From NCBI GenBank assembly GCA_963771175.1, contig CAVYSY010000006.1, forward strand, positions 1 through 64,000: DNA of 64,000 nt, read 5' to 3'. The stretch is from an uncultured delta proteobacterium (GTDB taxonomy: Bacteria; Myxococcota; Myxococcia; Myxococcales; Myxococcaceae). The translations under genes and the position numbers were made by a program. The notes beneath the pieces are model-generated. The model did no database searches and had not been told where the DNA came from. It saw nothing but the letters and a program-made list of their open reading frames with translations. Shown here in pieces: positions 41,769-52,531 of this stretch. The first letter of the stretch is position 1. Every line of letters starts with the position of its first letter.

Positions 41769-43121
41769 ATGAGCGAAAAGGGAGTGGCACGGACCGGCGG
41801 CTTCGAGCCCGAGAGCTCGGAGCTGGCGGCGCTGCGCCTGCAGCTCGAGGGAGGACTGGAGGTGCTCGAGGCGTGCCTGGCGCGCTATCGCGAGCTGTCC
41901 GCCGCCCTCCAGGGCTGGCGCTGGAAGACGGAGCTGCGCCAGTCGCCAGCCCTGCTGCAGAACGCCCTTCGCGCGGAGTCCTCCGTGCACGAGGTGCTCG
42001 CCCGGCTCCAGCGCCGGGCCGGGCAGGAGCCGGACGGCCAGGGGCCCGCGAGCCGATTGGGGCGGAAAGTCGAAGAGGAGCGCACGGCGCTATCGAAGCT
42101 CATTGCCCGGCGGCTCTCCGTAGCCCTGGAAGGCTCGCTGGCCGAGCGGCTCGGACGGCTCGAGGCGGTGGCGCTCAAGCCGCTGCCACTTCCTCCTGGC
42201 GAAGGAGAGACCCTGCTGCTCGAGGGGGGCGCTCGCTGGCCACCCGTCCGCCACTTCGTTTATTGCTTCGTGTTGTGGCAGATCTCCTCGGTGGTGTTGC
42301 GGATCGCCGAGGCGTTGCAGAAGCTCTCCGTGCCGCAGGGGGGGGCGTGGGTGGCCGTGCCTCTGCTGCTGCTCTTCTACGTCTGGTTCTACGTGCGCTC
42401 CGGGCACTATTGGCTCACCTCGGAGCGGCTGCTCTGGAAGCCGCGCCTGGGCGAGCCCGTCGAGGTGAAGCTGTCCTCGCTGGGGGATGGCCAGGTCACC
42501 CTGGGCTCCTCCAGTACCGTCAAGGTGCGCGGGCGGAGCCGGGTGACGCTGCGCTACGTGCCGCAGGCCTGGAGGCTCGCCTCGCTCATCTCCATCTACC
42601 GCCGCCAGGCGTTCCGCGGCGTGGCCAGGAGGGAGCCGCCGCCCCTGATGGTCATCCTGGAGATGTACCGCACCCGTCCGGGCGAGACTCCCAATACGGA
42701 GAATGTCTCGGGTGGGCTCGCGGTGCTCCGGCCGGGTTTCGTCGTCTACTTCCCCCACGTCCTCTACTCGAAGCTCCTCGACACCCTCACCGGGCCCACG
42801 GAACCCTCACGCGCTCCAACGAAGCACTCACGCGACAAGGTGGACGTCCCCGACTCCCTGGTCCTCACGCAGCTCCAACTCCTGCCCGAGGAGCGGCTCG
42901 ACGCGCTCTTGCGCAAGGCCCACCTCGCCAACCCCAAGAGCGTCCTCTGGGAGTCGCGGGACCTGAAGTGGAACTTCGGGTCCTCGTCGGTGCTGGAGTT
43001 GGTGCGTGGCGATGAGGCCCTGTGGTCCTCGCTCCCCTCCTGGGCGGCATACCAGCACGTCGGGCGGGTCCTCCAGTCCTGGCGCGCGGCGTTCTTGGCA
43101 AACCCGCCCGGCTCGCGGTAG
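41769..43121 (+). CDS. Hypothetical membrane protein with a possible bacterial PH-like domain
   Basis: Helical N-terminus, two TM segments, YWLTSERLLWKP. Confidence 0.6.
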   Translation: MSEKGVARTGGFEPESSELAALRLQLEGGLEVLEACLARYRELSAALQGWRWKTELRQSPALLQNALRAESSVHEVLARLQRRAGQEPDGQGPASRLGRKVEEERTALSKLIARRLSVALEGSLAERLGRLEAVALKPLPLPPGEGETLLLEGGARWPPVRHFVYCFVLWQISSVVLRIAEALQKLSVPQGGAWVAVPLLLLFYVWFYVRSGHYWLTSERLLWKPRLGEPVEVKLSSLGDGQVTLGSSSTVKVRGRSRVTLRYVPQAWRLASLISIYRRQAFRGVARREPPPLMVILEMYRTRPGETPNTENVSGGLAVLRPGFVVYFPHVLYSKLLDTLTGPTEPSRAPTKHSRDKVDVPDSLVLTQLQLLPEERLDALLRKAHLANPKSVLWESRDLKWNFGSSSVLELVRGDEALWSSLPSWAAYQHVGRVLQSWRAAFLANPPGSR

Positions 43122-43659
43122 CGAGGCGGCATGCGCTGAGAAGGTGTCAAAGGACTCGTTTCGACCTCTCGCCCCCTACGAGTCCTCTGACACCCTGCCT
43201 GCCGCTCGGGCCGACGCTCGGCTTTCAGCGCATCATGCTGGGCGTCTCTCGTCGAGGACCACCATCCGCAGAGGGACGCCCACGGGGGCTACAGAAGAGT
43301 CCATTCTCTTGGAGCGCCGTGTGCTCCCGGTGCCACCTTCCCAATCTCTCCACGGCGGGGGGACTCCGGGCGACACGTGGGACTGGGCGATGATTGTCAC
43401 CACGAGGCTCATGGTCCCGGAGGATGGAACGGAAGTGCGAGCGCGTGGTCGGCACGTCGACACCGTACAGCACGCAGTACCAGAGCCCCGTGAGCCTGGT
43501 GGTCTCCCTGAAGTGAGCACGAGTCCCTTGAGCCTGCCCAGCACTGGAGGCCGAGACCATGGGTCGGTCAACCGACATCCGCGTGACCCACGAAGCCAGG
43601 ATTCAAACGCCATGTCCGGGCCCCACCTTCATCCCGCTGTCTTGATGGAGGATCTGCCA

Positions 43660-44544
43660 ATGAGGAAGAGCTTCGACACGAAGAACCGTGAACAACTTCA
43701 GGGAGGCTGGCGGCTGGCCGCCATCGCCGCGCTCGCGCTCGCGGCCTGCGGCCCGAATCTCGAGCCTGAAGTGGCCAACGTGGCCGCCGTGACCGATGAA
43801 ACCCAGGAGGAATCTGGCGAGGTCAGCGCGACCAGGAATCAACATGAGGGGCTGGTGGTGGTGCTCACCGCGAGCGGCAACATCGCTGGAGCCGTAGACC
43901 AGTTCCGGGCGCTGCTGGGCGAACCGCTCAACGTCATCCCGGGGCAGCAGCCCTCCGGGCGCCGGGAGATCAACTGGGATGGTGTGCCGGCCGCGCTCAC
44001 CAACGTGGACACCTTCCCGGGAGACTTCTTCAACGCTGTCGATCCCGCCGCGCCCGCGGGCCGCAAGCGAGGAGCCGTGTTCACCACGTCAGCCACCGGC
44101 TTCCGGGTGAGCGACACGGACTTCGCCGATATCGATCCCAGCTACGGCGACGAGTTCAACGCCTTCAGCCTTCCTCGTACGTTCATGGTGGCCGGGGGCA
44201 ACACCCTGGACGTGACGTTCCGGGTGGCGGGCACGAACAAGCTCGCGCACGTCAAGGGCTTCGGCGTGGTGTTCTCGGACGTGGACCGCGTGGGCTCCGC
44301 GACGATCCAGCTCTTCGACAAGAAGGGCAAGAGCCTCGGCACCTTCGCCGCGCTGGCGCGCAGTGATGCCAGCGGCTTTTCGTTCCTGGGGGTGGTGTTC
44401 GATCGGACCGTGGTCGCCCGGGTCCGCATCAAGTCGGGAGACGCGGCGCTGAGCGCGGGCGTCAAGGACGTCAGCGCGGGCGGCACGGCGGACCTGGTGG
44501 TGATGGACGACTACCTCTACGGCGAGCCGAAGCGCATCCATTGA
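43660..44544 (+). CDS. Hypothetical lipoprotein
   Basis: GGAGG RBS, lipobox LAAC, RREINWDGVP, GFGVVFSDVD, DLVVMDDYLYGEP. Confidence 0.8.
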   Translation: MRKSFDTKNREQLQGGWRLAAIAALALAACGPNLEPEVANVAAVTDETQEESGEVSATRNQHEGLVVVLTASGNIAGAVDQFRALLGEPLNVIPGQQPSGRREINWDGVPAALTNVDTFPGDFFNAVDPAAPAGRKRGAVFTTSATGFRVSDTDFADIDPSYGDEFNAFSLPRTFMVAGGNTLDVTFRVAGTNKLAHVKGFGVVFSDVDRVGSATIQLFDKKGKSLGTFAALARSDASGFSFLGVVFDRTVVARVRIKSGDAALSAGVKDVSAGGTADLVVMDDYLYGEPKRIH

Positions 44545-44806
44545 CGCCGCACCGGGCTCGAAGGACGCCACCTGCTGCGTCCGCCGCCCGCGCCGAGTGC
44601 CCACGCCCATCCTCGAGCGCAGAGCCCGCGGGTCTCCCCGTGTCGGCATTCTCGTTCGCCACGTGCTGTGCCTCCGTGGATGCGCACGTCATGCCTGGAC
44701 AGGGGAGCGGATTTGACCCTACGCGTCAAGGCATCCGGTGGGCCCTGTTGGGTTACGGCGGCAAGCGGTGCGCTTGAGGGGGCTGCGCGGGGCGCGGGCG
44801 CCGGGC

Positions 44807-45361
44807 TCAGTCGAGCGCGGCGCTCACCTCGGGGCGGATGAGGCGCAGGGTGTCCAGGCGGCGGCGGGCATCGGCGACGGCCATGTGCCAGGCGGCGGCG
44901 AACAGCCCCATCGAGAGGCGGCTCCCCCACAGGACAGACCCGCCATGGCGGCCCAGCACCCACGAGCCAATCGTGGGCGCGAGGCAGGAGGACAGGGCCC
45001 ACATCATGTAATAGGCGCCCTGGTAGGTGCCGCGCTGATCGGGAGGCGCGAGATCCGCCACCACGGCCGAGCCCACGGGCGCCTGGGCGATCTCTCCCAG
45101 CGTCCACACCACCACCCCCAGCGTCGCCAGCGCGGGGTTGGCGCCGAGCGTGTGCAGCCCGAAGCCCAGCCCCGTCAGCGCCGAAGCCCAGGCGAGCGCC
45201 GAGGCGCGCCGCATGCGTCCCATCATCCGGCCGGCGAAGGGCTGCAGCAGCACCACGAGGACGCCGTTCACCGCGAGCACCGTGCCGAAGGTGGACGTGG
45301 ACATGCCGTGAGCCGTCAGGTCCAGCGGCAGCGTGACGTTGCTCTGGGAGGCGTAAGCCAC
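44807..45361 (-). pseudogene. C-terminal half of an MFS transporter, 5' truncated
   Basis: VLAVNGVLVVLLQP, VWTLGEI, ADLAPPDQRGTYQG; about six TM helices only and no N-terminal half upstream. Confidence 0.7.
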
Positions 45362-45489
45362 CAGCCCGGCTCATTGCCCGGGCGCTCCCCATCAGCGGCC
45401 CTCCTCGGCCCCTCTTCACCTGCCCGCCCCCTCAACAGTTCTCCCATCCGCCCTATGCATCGAGCGAGAGAATGCGCCAGAGTGGATGC

Positions 45490-46488
45490 ATGCCCAAATG
45501 CATGACCTGCGGGCGGAAGACCCCGCCCCTCTCTCTTGGCACCATGGTCCTGATGGGATTCTGCTCCGTGGATTGCCTGTTCGCCTACCCCTCCGCGCAG
45601 GAGATCTTCCGTGCGCTGCGCAGAGAGAAGGAGCTTCTCTTCTTTTTTCCCACCATCCCCGAGAAGGTGCTGACGCAAGGCAGACAAATGGGACAGGGCG
45701 GCACGAACAGCGTCTACCGGGTCACCGAGACGCCCCATCTTCTCATCAAGGACGCCGGCTCGGGAGGCAGGAATGACTCGCGCGAATACCGTGCTCTCCG
45801 GGAGATGGAGGCCATTGGCCTGAAGACGGTCGCCCGAGGATTGCACCGCAACGAGGGCACGCTGATGCTCGTCATGGACTTCATCAGCGGCGGGACGGAC
45901 AGCAAGAGCATCGTCGGGTACCAGCGCACGCTGTCGGACTACATGAAGGTCACGCTAAATATTCCGGCTCCCAATCCCGCGCTGACCCGGTTCGTGACGA
46001 AGAAGTCCATAGATCGATTGCTCTTCTGCTGGGCGCAGATGGTCCGGCACAAGAAAAGCTTTGGTGACTTCCAGTTCATGCTGGCTCCAGATGGAGACGT
46101 GTTCCTGAACGATCCAACGAACGTCGTGGACAAGGAGCCGAACAAGACCCTCCAGGAGATCATCCAGGCCTTCATCGACACCTGGGAGTACAAGACGTTT
46201 CAGGAGTACTTCGACATGACCTTCACCTGGCAGCAGTTCAAGGGCGCGAAGCTGGCACTCTGCGACGGGATCAAGAAGAGCTTCTTCAAGGCGTTCAGCC
46301 AGGCCAACAAGAGCAAGCAACTCAAGTACAAAGCACCGGCTTTCAAGATGCTCAGTCAGGACTTCCTGGCGCCTACCTTCTTCGCCAGCACCCTGTATGT
46401 CGTGGACGGCAATCCCGCGCTCGAGGGCTTCCACTGCATCCCCCTGGGTGATGGCACTTATGGCTATTACTCAGAGCGGTGGGATTGA
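45490..46488 (+). CDS. Atypical protein-kinase-fold protein with N-terminal Cys4 zinc-finger-like motif
   Basis: CMTC...FCSVDC; GQGGTNSVY, LLIK, EYRAL, LVMDFI, GDFQFML, VFLNDP; visibly more AT-rich than the flanks. Confidence 0.6.
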   Translation: MPKCMTCGRKTPPLSLGTMVLMGFCSVDCLFAYPSAQEIFRALRREKELLFFFPTIPEKVLTQGRQMGQGGTNSVYRVTETPHLLIKDAGSGGRNDSREYRALREMEAIGLKTVARGLHRNEGTLMLVMDFISGGTDSKSIVGYQRTLSDYMKVTLNIPAPNPALTRFVTKKSIDRLLFCWAQMVRHKKSFGDFQFMLAPDGDVFLNDPTNVVDKEPNKTLQEIIQAFIDTWEYKTFQEYFDMTFTWQQFKGAKLALCDGIKKSFFKAFSQANKSKQLKYKAPAFKMLSQDFLAPTFFASTLYVVDGNPALEGFHCIPLGDGTYGYYSERWD

Positions 46489-46811
46489 CCCGCGAGCCGG
46501 GCGTGGATGCAGCGAAGCTCCACCGCGAGGCGGGGCTCCGGGCGGTGACGGGTGCCCACTACGAGGGTAAGCAGGAAAGGAGGAGGCGAGCGTGGCGCCC
46601 CAGGCAGCGGCCCTCCCCTCCCTCTCTGCTCCAGCACCCTACCCTCTACAGGTCCCCCTTCCCTCCTATGCGTCATGGCTCCTGCTCCTGGGAGCAGAAC
46701 GTACCGTGTGAAGGACCTGGGTCGCCGCATCGTCGAGCGGTCTCGGCGTCCAGGGGCTCCGTTATTGATGGGCCATGTCGCAAGGGGGCGCCCGCCCGCC
46801 GAGGAAACTTC

Positions 46812-47429
46812 CTACCCCCAGGAGAACGCGTACTCGCCATCAAACCCGTGCACCCACTCGCGCACCACCCGCCCCCCGCGCACCCCCGCCGCCTGCAGCA
46901 GGGCCTCCAGCACCCCCTCGTGACACGCCCAGGGCAACAGGTCGCCTCGCAGCCGGATGCGCCCGCTCCTCGGCCCCGTCCACACCACCTCCCGCGCCCC
47001 GAAGTTCAACGACTGTCGGTAGATGTCCGGCACCGCGTCCATCATCCGCCTCGGGCTGCCGGACGCCAGGAGCACCGCCGCGCGCCCCACCGGCGACGCC
47101 AGGAAGTCCGCGTTCGCGTGCCGGCCCAGCTCCCTCAGCGCTCCCTCCATGCACCCGAACCGCGCCTTCAGCCCCCTCGCCGCGCACACCAGCAGCCTCA
47201 GGAAGGCCTCGAGCGGATAGCTGAAGAAATCGAGGAACTTCGCCTCGCCACTGCCCTCCAGACACCGCCGCACCGCCTCCTCGCCTTCCAGCTCCCGCAC
47301 CGCCGACAGCACTCCGTTGAAGAACACTCCCCGTACCGTGTCCCCGGGCGCCGCCTGCGACACCCGCCACGCCATGTCCCGCTCCCAACCGCACGGCGAC
47401 TCCGTCACCGTCATCGTTTCGATGCCCAT
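46812..47429 (-). CDS. DUF2378 (TIGR02265) family protein
   Basis: DTVRGVFFNGVL, FLDFFSYP, FLASPVGR, HEGVL; start approximate. Confidence 0.88.
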   Translation of the reverse strand: MGIETMTVTESPCGWERDMAWRVSQAAPGDTVRGVFFNGVLSAVRELEGEEAVRRCLEGSGEAKFLDFFSYPLEAFLRLLVCAARGLKARFGCMEGALRELGRHANADFLASPVGRAAVLLASGSPRRMMDAVPDIYRQSLNFGAREVVWTGPRSGRIRLRGDLLPWACHEGVLEALLQAAGVRGGRVVREWVHGFDGEYAFSWG

Positions 47430-47475
47430 TGGCCACACTCCAGAGCTGGACCACCGCTTCCCGGAGCGTCACGGG

Positions 47476-47491
47476 TGCATCGTTTGTGCCG
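47476..47491 (-). promoter_or_regulatory. sigma54 promoter upstream of the DUF2378 gene
   Basis: CGGCACAAACGATGCA with GG-N10-GC spacing. Confidence 0.6.
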
Positions 47492-47545
47492 GATTACAGA
47501 ATTCACGCAAATTTCGTTCGACACCACACGTCCGGGGTCAAATCG

Positions 47546-47585
47546 GCCCCGTCCAGCCCCGTCCAGCCCCTTCCAGCCCCTTCCG
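47546..47585. repeat. Four tandem 10-bp repeats GCCCC(G/T)TCC(A/G)
   Basis: gccccgtcca gccccgtcca gccccttcca gccccttccg, intergenic. Confidence 0.85.
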
Positions 47586-47680
47586 GGACACCGTTCCGTC
47601 TGGAGACCGACACGCGCCTCGGACGGTGAGCGCAAATCCTGCGCCCCCACCCCGGTCGCGAGCACGCAAACCTTGCGCGC

Positions 47681-48304
47681 TCACTCCCAGGAGACGAGAT
47701 ACTCCGCATCGAGCACCCCCAACCGCAGGCTTCGCACCTGGGGCGCCGGGGCCTTCAGGCCCTCCAGCACCGCCAGCAGGAGGCCCTCGTGGTAGGCGCA
47801 CGGCAGGAAGTCGCGCCGCATGAAGACGCGGCCGCGCGAGGGCCCCTCCCACGTCACCGTGCGCTCCCCGTAGTTCACCGCCGCCCGGTACGCCGAGGGC
47901 AGGTTGCCCACCAGCTGCCGCGGCTGCCCTCGCGACACCAGCACCAGCGCCCGGCCCGCCGCGGACGCGAGCAGGTCCACCGTCGACTGGCGCCCCAGCC
48001 GCCGCTGCGCCTCCTCCCAGCCACCGCACCGCGGCGCCAGCACCCGCGCCGCCGCGTCGTTCACCCGCAGGTAGGTGCTCACCGGGTAGTTGAAGAACTC
48101 CACGAAGCGCGGCTCGCCCCCCGCCTCCAGGCACTCCTCCACCCCCCGCGGGCCCCCCACCCTCCTCACCACCTCCAGCGCGCCCAGGAAGAACATTCCC
48201 CGCACGGTGTCCGCGACGGTCGCCAGCGCCACCCGCCTCTCCAGGTCCTCGCGCAAATCCTGCGACCCCTGGTCCTGCACGACCTCAGGCATGCTCGCGC
48301 TCAT
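47681..48304 (-). CDS. DUF2378 (TIGR02265) family protein
   Basis: DTVRGMFF, FVEFFNYP, AYRAAVNYGER, YHEGLL; paralog of 46812..47429. Confidence 0.9.
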   Translation of the reverse strand: MSASMPEVVQDQGSQDLREDLERRVALATVADTVRGMFFLGALEVVRRVGGPRGVEECLEAGGEPRFVEFFNYPVSTYLRVNDAAARVLAPRCGGWEEAQRRLGRQSTVDLLASAAGRALVLVSRGQPRQLVGNLPSAYRAAVNYGERTVTWEGPSRGRVFMRRDFLPCAYHEGLLLAVLEGLKAPAPQVRSLRLGVLDAEYLVSWE

Positions 48305-48463
48305 GTCCCCTCCTGTGCCACCTCGCGCACCGTAACCACGCCCCTTCCGCGCGGCACCGCACCTGCGTCTCCTCGCGCGTCCGCTGTCCAACGCCTCCCG
48401 GACCCGCAGTGCGTACTCCCGCACACTGCCCACCCCCCTCCGGGCACCCCTCTCGTTGGGACA

Positions 48464-48486
48464 CGTACAATGGCCGCAGTTGTACG
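48464..48486. promoter_or_regulatory. Inverted repeat CGTACAA-N9-TTGTACG, possible operator
   Basis: Perfect 7-bp arms in the divergent intergenic region between DUF2378 and the activator gene. Confidence 0.45.
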
Positions 48487-48662
48487 AACGGGCTCGAATC
48501 CCGCTCCCGCCCCCCCGGACGCGTCGAAAGTGAAGCACCGCGCTCCGCTGCCCTCCAGGCCGGCACCCGTCCCCGTCACCCCCCGCTCTGGACGAACATT
48601 CATTTTCTTGATTTCTCTGGAATTCCGCCCTTGCTGCATCCTTGACGCGGGAGCCATCAGAG

Positions 48663-50478
<1,816 letters not shown>

Positions 50479-50502
50479 GGACCACGGCGGCGCGGGGGCC
50501 GA

Positions 50503-51344
50503 TTAGTGCTTCCCGAGCTCGTGGTCCCAGTCATGTCAACAGCCCGATCAGACTCCGCCGTGTGCGCACCGGATACGCGCTCGAAGGCCGTGGGTCCAGC
50601 GTGGCGAGGCGCTCGCGCTGGAAGACGGGGTCGGCCATCACATCCCGGTGCTTCAATTGCGCGGGCATACGCGAGGGCCCGAGGCATCTCCCGGAAGATG
50701 GCCTCGATGCTGTCCTCCCGCGTCGCTCGCGCCATGCGCTCCGCCGCCGTCTCCAGGCGCGCGCGCACCGAGCCTTCTCCCACCGGGCACCATGCATCCA
50801 TGGCCCAGTCGCAGGAGGCTTCCATCAGTTCCTCCAAGGAGAGCGCGTCCTCCGGGGTACTGAAGAGGTAGCGCGCGGACTGGAGCGGCTCCCAGAAGCG
50901 CAGCAGCGCCTGGAGGCGCAGCGCCGTGCGCTCCGCGCTCTTCGGGGCTGTTCGCGCAATCACGAAGTACAGCGCTCCCCAGGCCGTCTCGCGGCAGAAC
51001 GCCTCGTAGGCGTACCTCACGGGGAATGGGTTCTGCCATTCCCCAGACGGAGTTTCGGACAAATTGCCCATGACATTGGACACCAGATACAGCCGCCAGG
51101 CCGGACGCTCGCGCTGGAAGTCGACCACGTCATGCGCCACCACCACCTCGCCAGGAGGGACCTCCAGCATCTGCCGGGGGGAGGGGATGGAACCGTCCTC
51201 GCGGTACTGCTCGCCACACCGAAGGCCCTCCTTCCGCGTCTTCTGGCGAACCGAGGAGTAGCTGCCATGAAGGAAGGACGGCATCTGCAAGGACGAAGGC
51301 TGTCCGGGCGCCATGGAAGGCGTCCTATCAAAGCGGGTCCTCAT
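50503..51344 (-). CDS. Hypothetical protein, candidate immunity partner; frameshifts near 50540-50660
   Basis: ATGA overlap with the stop of the upstream lipoprotein; aromatic-rich helical sequence (YEAFCRETAWGALYF, ALLRFWEPL). Confidence 0.6.
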
Positions 51345-52378
51345 CGAGGAAGGGACATGCCCGCGGCGGCGGGCACCTGCGCCGGGGGCGCGGAGGGGGG
51401 AGGTCGCGCTGGAAAGGTGATGACCTGTCCACCTCCCTGGGTGGGTGGCTGCCGCGCCCCCGGGCCCGAGCCCATCTGGCCAAAAATCACTCCCGAGAAG
51501 AATGCCGTCGCGGCGGTGCCAATGCCGTCGATGACGATGCCCACGGCCCCGCTGAAGGTGGCGAGCTTCTCGCGCCGGCTGACCATGCCTTCCACGGCCT
51601 GTCCTACCGACCCGCCGTACTGGCGCAACTCCTCCTCGGTGAGGTCCACCCACTGCCCGGCCTCATACGCCGCTGCCTCGGATTCGAAGTACTGCTGGCT
51701 GCGGGTCCACCGATACTGGACCACTCCCGGCTCGGTGGTCCGCCACTCCAGGCGCCAGATGTATTGCCCCTGGGCGAAGCGAAGCAGGATTTCGCCGCTG
51801 AACTCCGTGCCACCAGTGAAGGGCCGGCCAACCAGAAGGGCCCGGTTCAGTGCGGCCAGGTAGGTCCGAGCCATCTCGCGGGCTTCCTGGAGGCCCTGCT
51901 CATTCCAGGGTTTGATTTCGAAGAGGCTTCGAACGAGGACATCCGTGATGTCCGGGCGGATGTTGCGCTCGTTTGGGAGCAGAAGGGACGTATCCCCGAT
52001 CTCCGCATCCTCCAGGATGAATTTGATTGTCTCGGTGTTGTAATAGGCTTGGGTGCCTGGGTGATTGACTTTGTACATGTAGGCAATCAGCCGGTGCGAG
52101 GCCTTGCCGAGGAAGAACTCCCAGGGCATCCGCGAGTCAGGATTCCGGCCAGGGACGTTATAGCCCTGGACGGCCGGGCCCGGGGGCTCCCCACCCACTG
52201 TCGGGCCGTCGCTCATGGCCAACAGGCGTCGTGGCGTGGAAGCGGAGAGGGGTGACGGGCCAAACCGTGGCGCAGGAGCCGTGGCGCAGCCGGCGAGCAC
52301 CCACACGAAGAGCAGGGTCACCCAGCACCGTGAGGCCCGAGCCCACGACAGACACCAGACGGAAACACTCACGGGCAC
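51341..52378 (-). CDS. Lipoprotein with PD-(D/E)xK nuclease-like motif, candidate toxin; start approximate
   Basis: Lipobox VLAGC; GKASH...RPDITD...LFEIKP. Confidence 0.65.
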   Translation of the reverse strand: MPVSVSVWCLSWARASRCWVTLLFVWVLAGCATAPAPRFGPSPLSASTPRRLLAMSDGPTVGGEPPGPAVQGYNVPGRNPDSRMPWEFFLGKASHRLIAYMYKVNHPGTQAYYNTETIKFILEDAEIGDTSLLLPNERNIRPDITDVLVRSLFEIKPWNEQGLQEAREMARTYLAALNRALLVGRPFTGGTEFSGEILLRFAQGQYIWRLEWRTTEPGVVQYRWTRSQQYFESEAAAYEAGQWVDLTEEELRQYGGSVGQAVEGMVSRREKLATFSGAVGIVIDGIGTAATAFFSGVIFGQMGSGPGARQPPTQGGGQVITFPARPPPSAPPAQVPAAAGMSLPR

Positions 52379-52531
52379 CTCCCGCTCCGCGCACCCGGAC
52401 AGGCGCGAAGTCAGCGAGCAGTAGAGGCCAACACCCGAGCGAAGACGAGGCTCCCCAAGGTCAGGTTCCGCGAGACGTCCCGCTCCCGTGAGAAGGTTCC
52501 CCCGCGCTGAGCGACCGATTGGAAGGGGACG

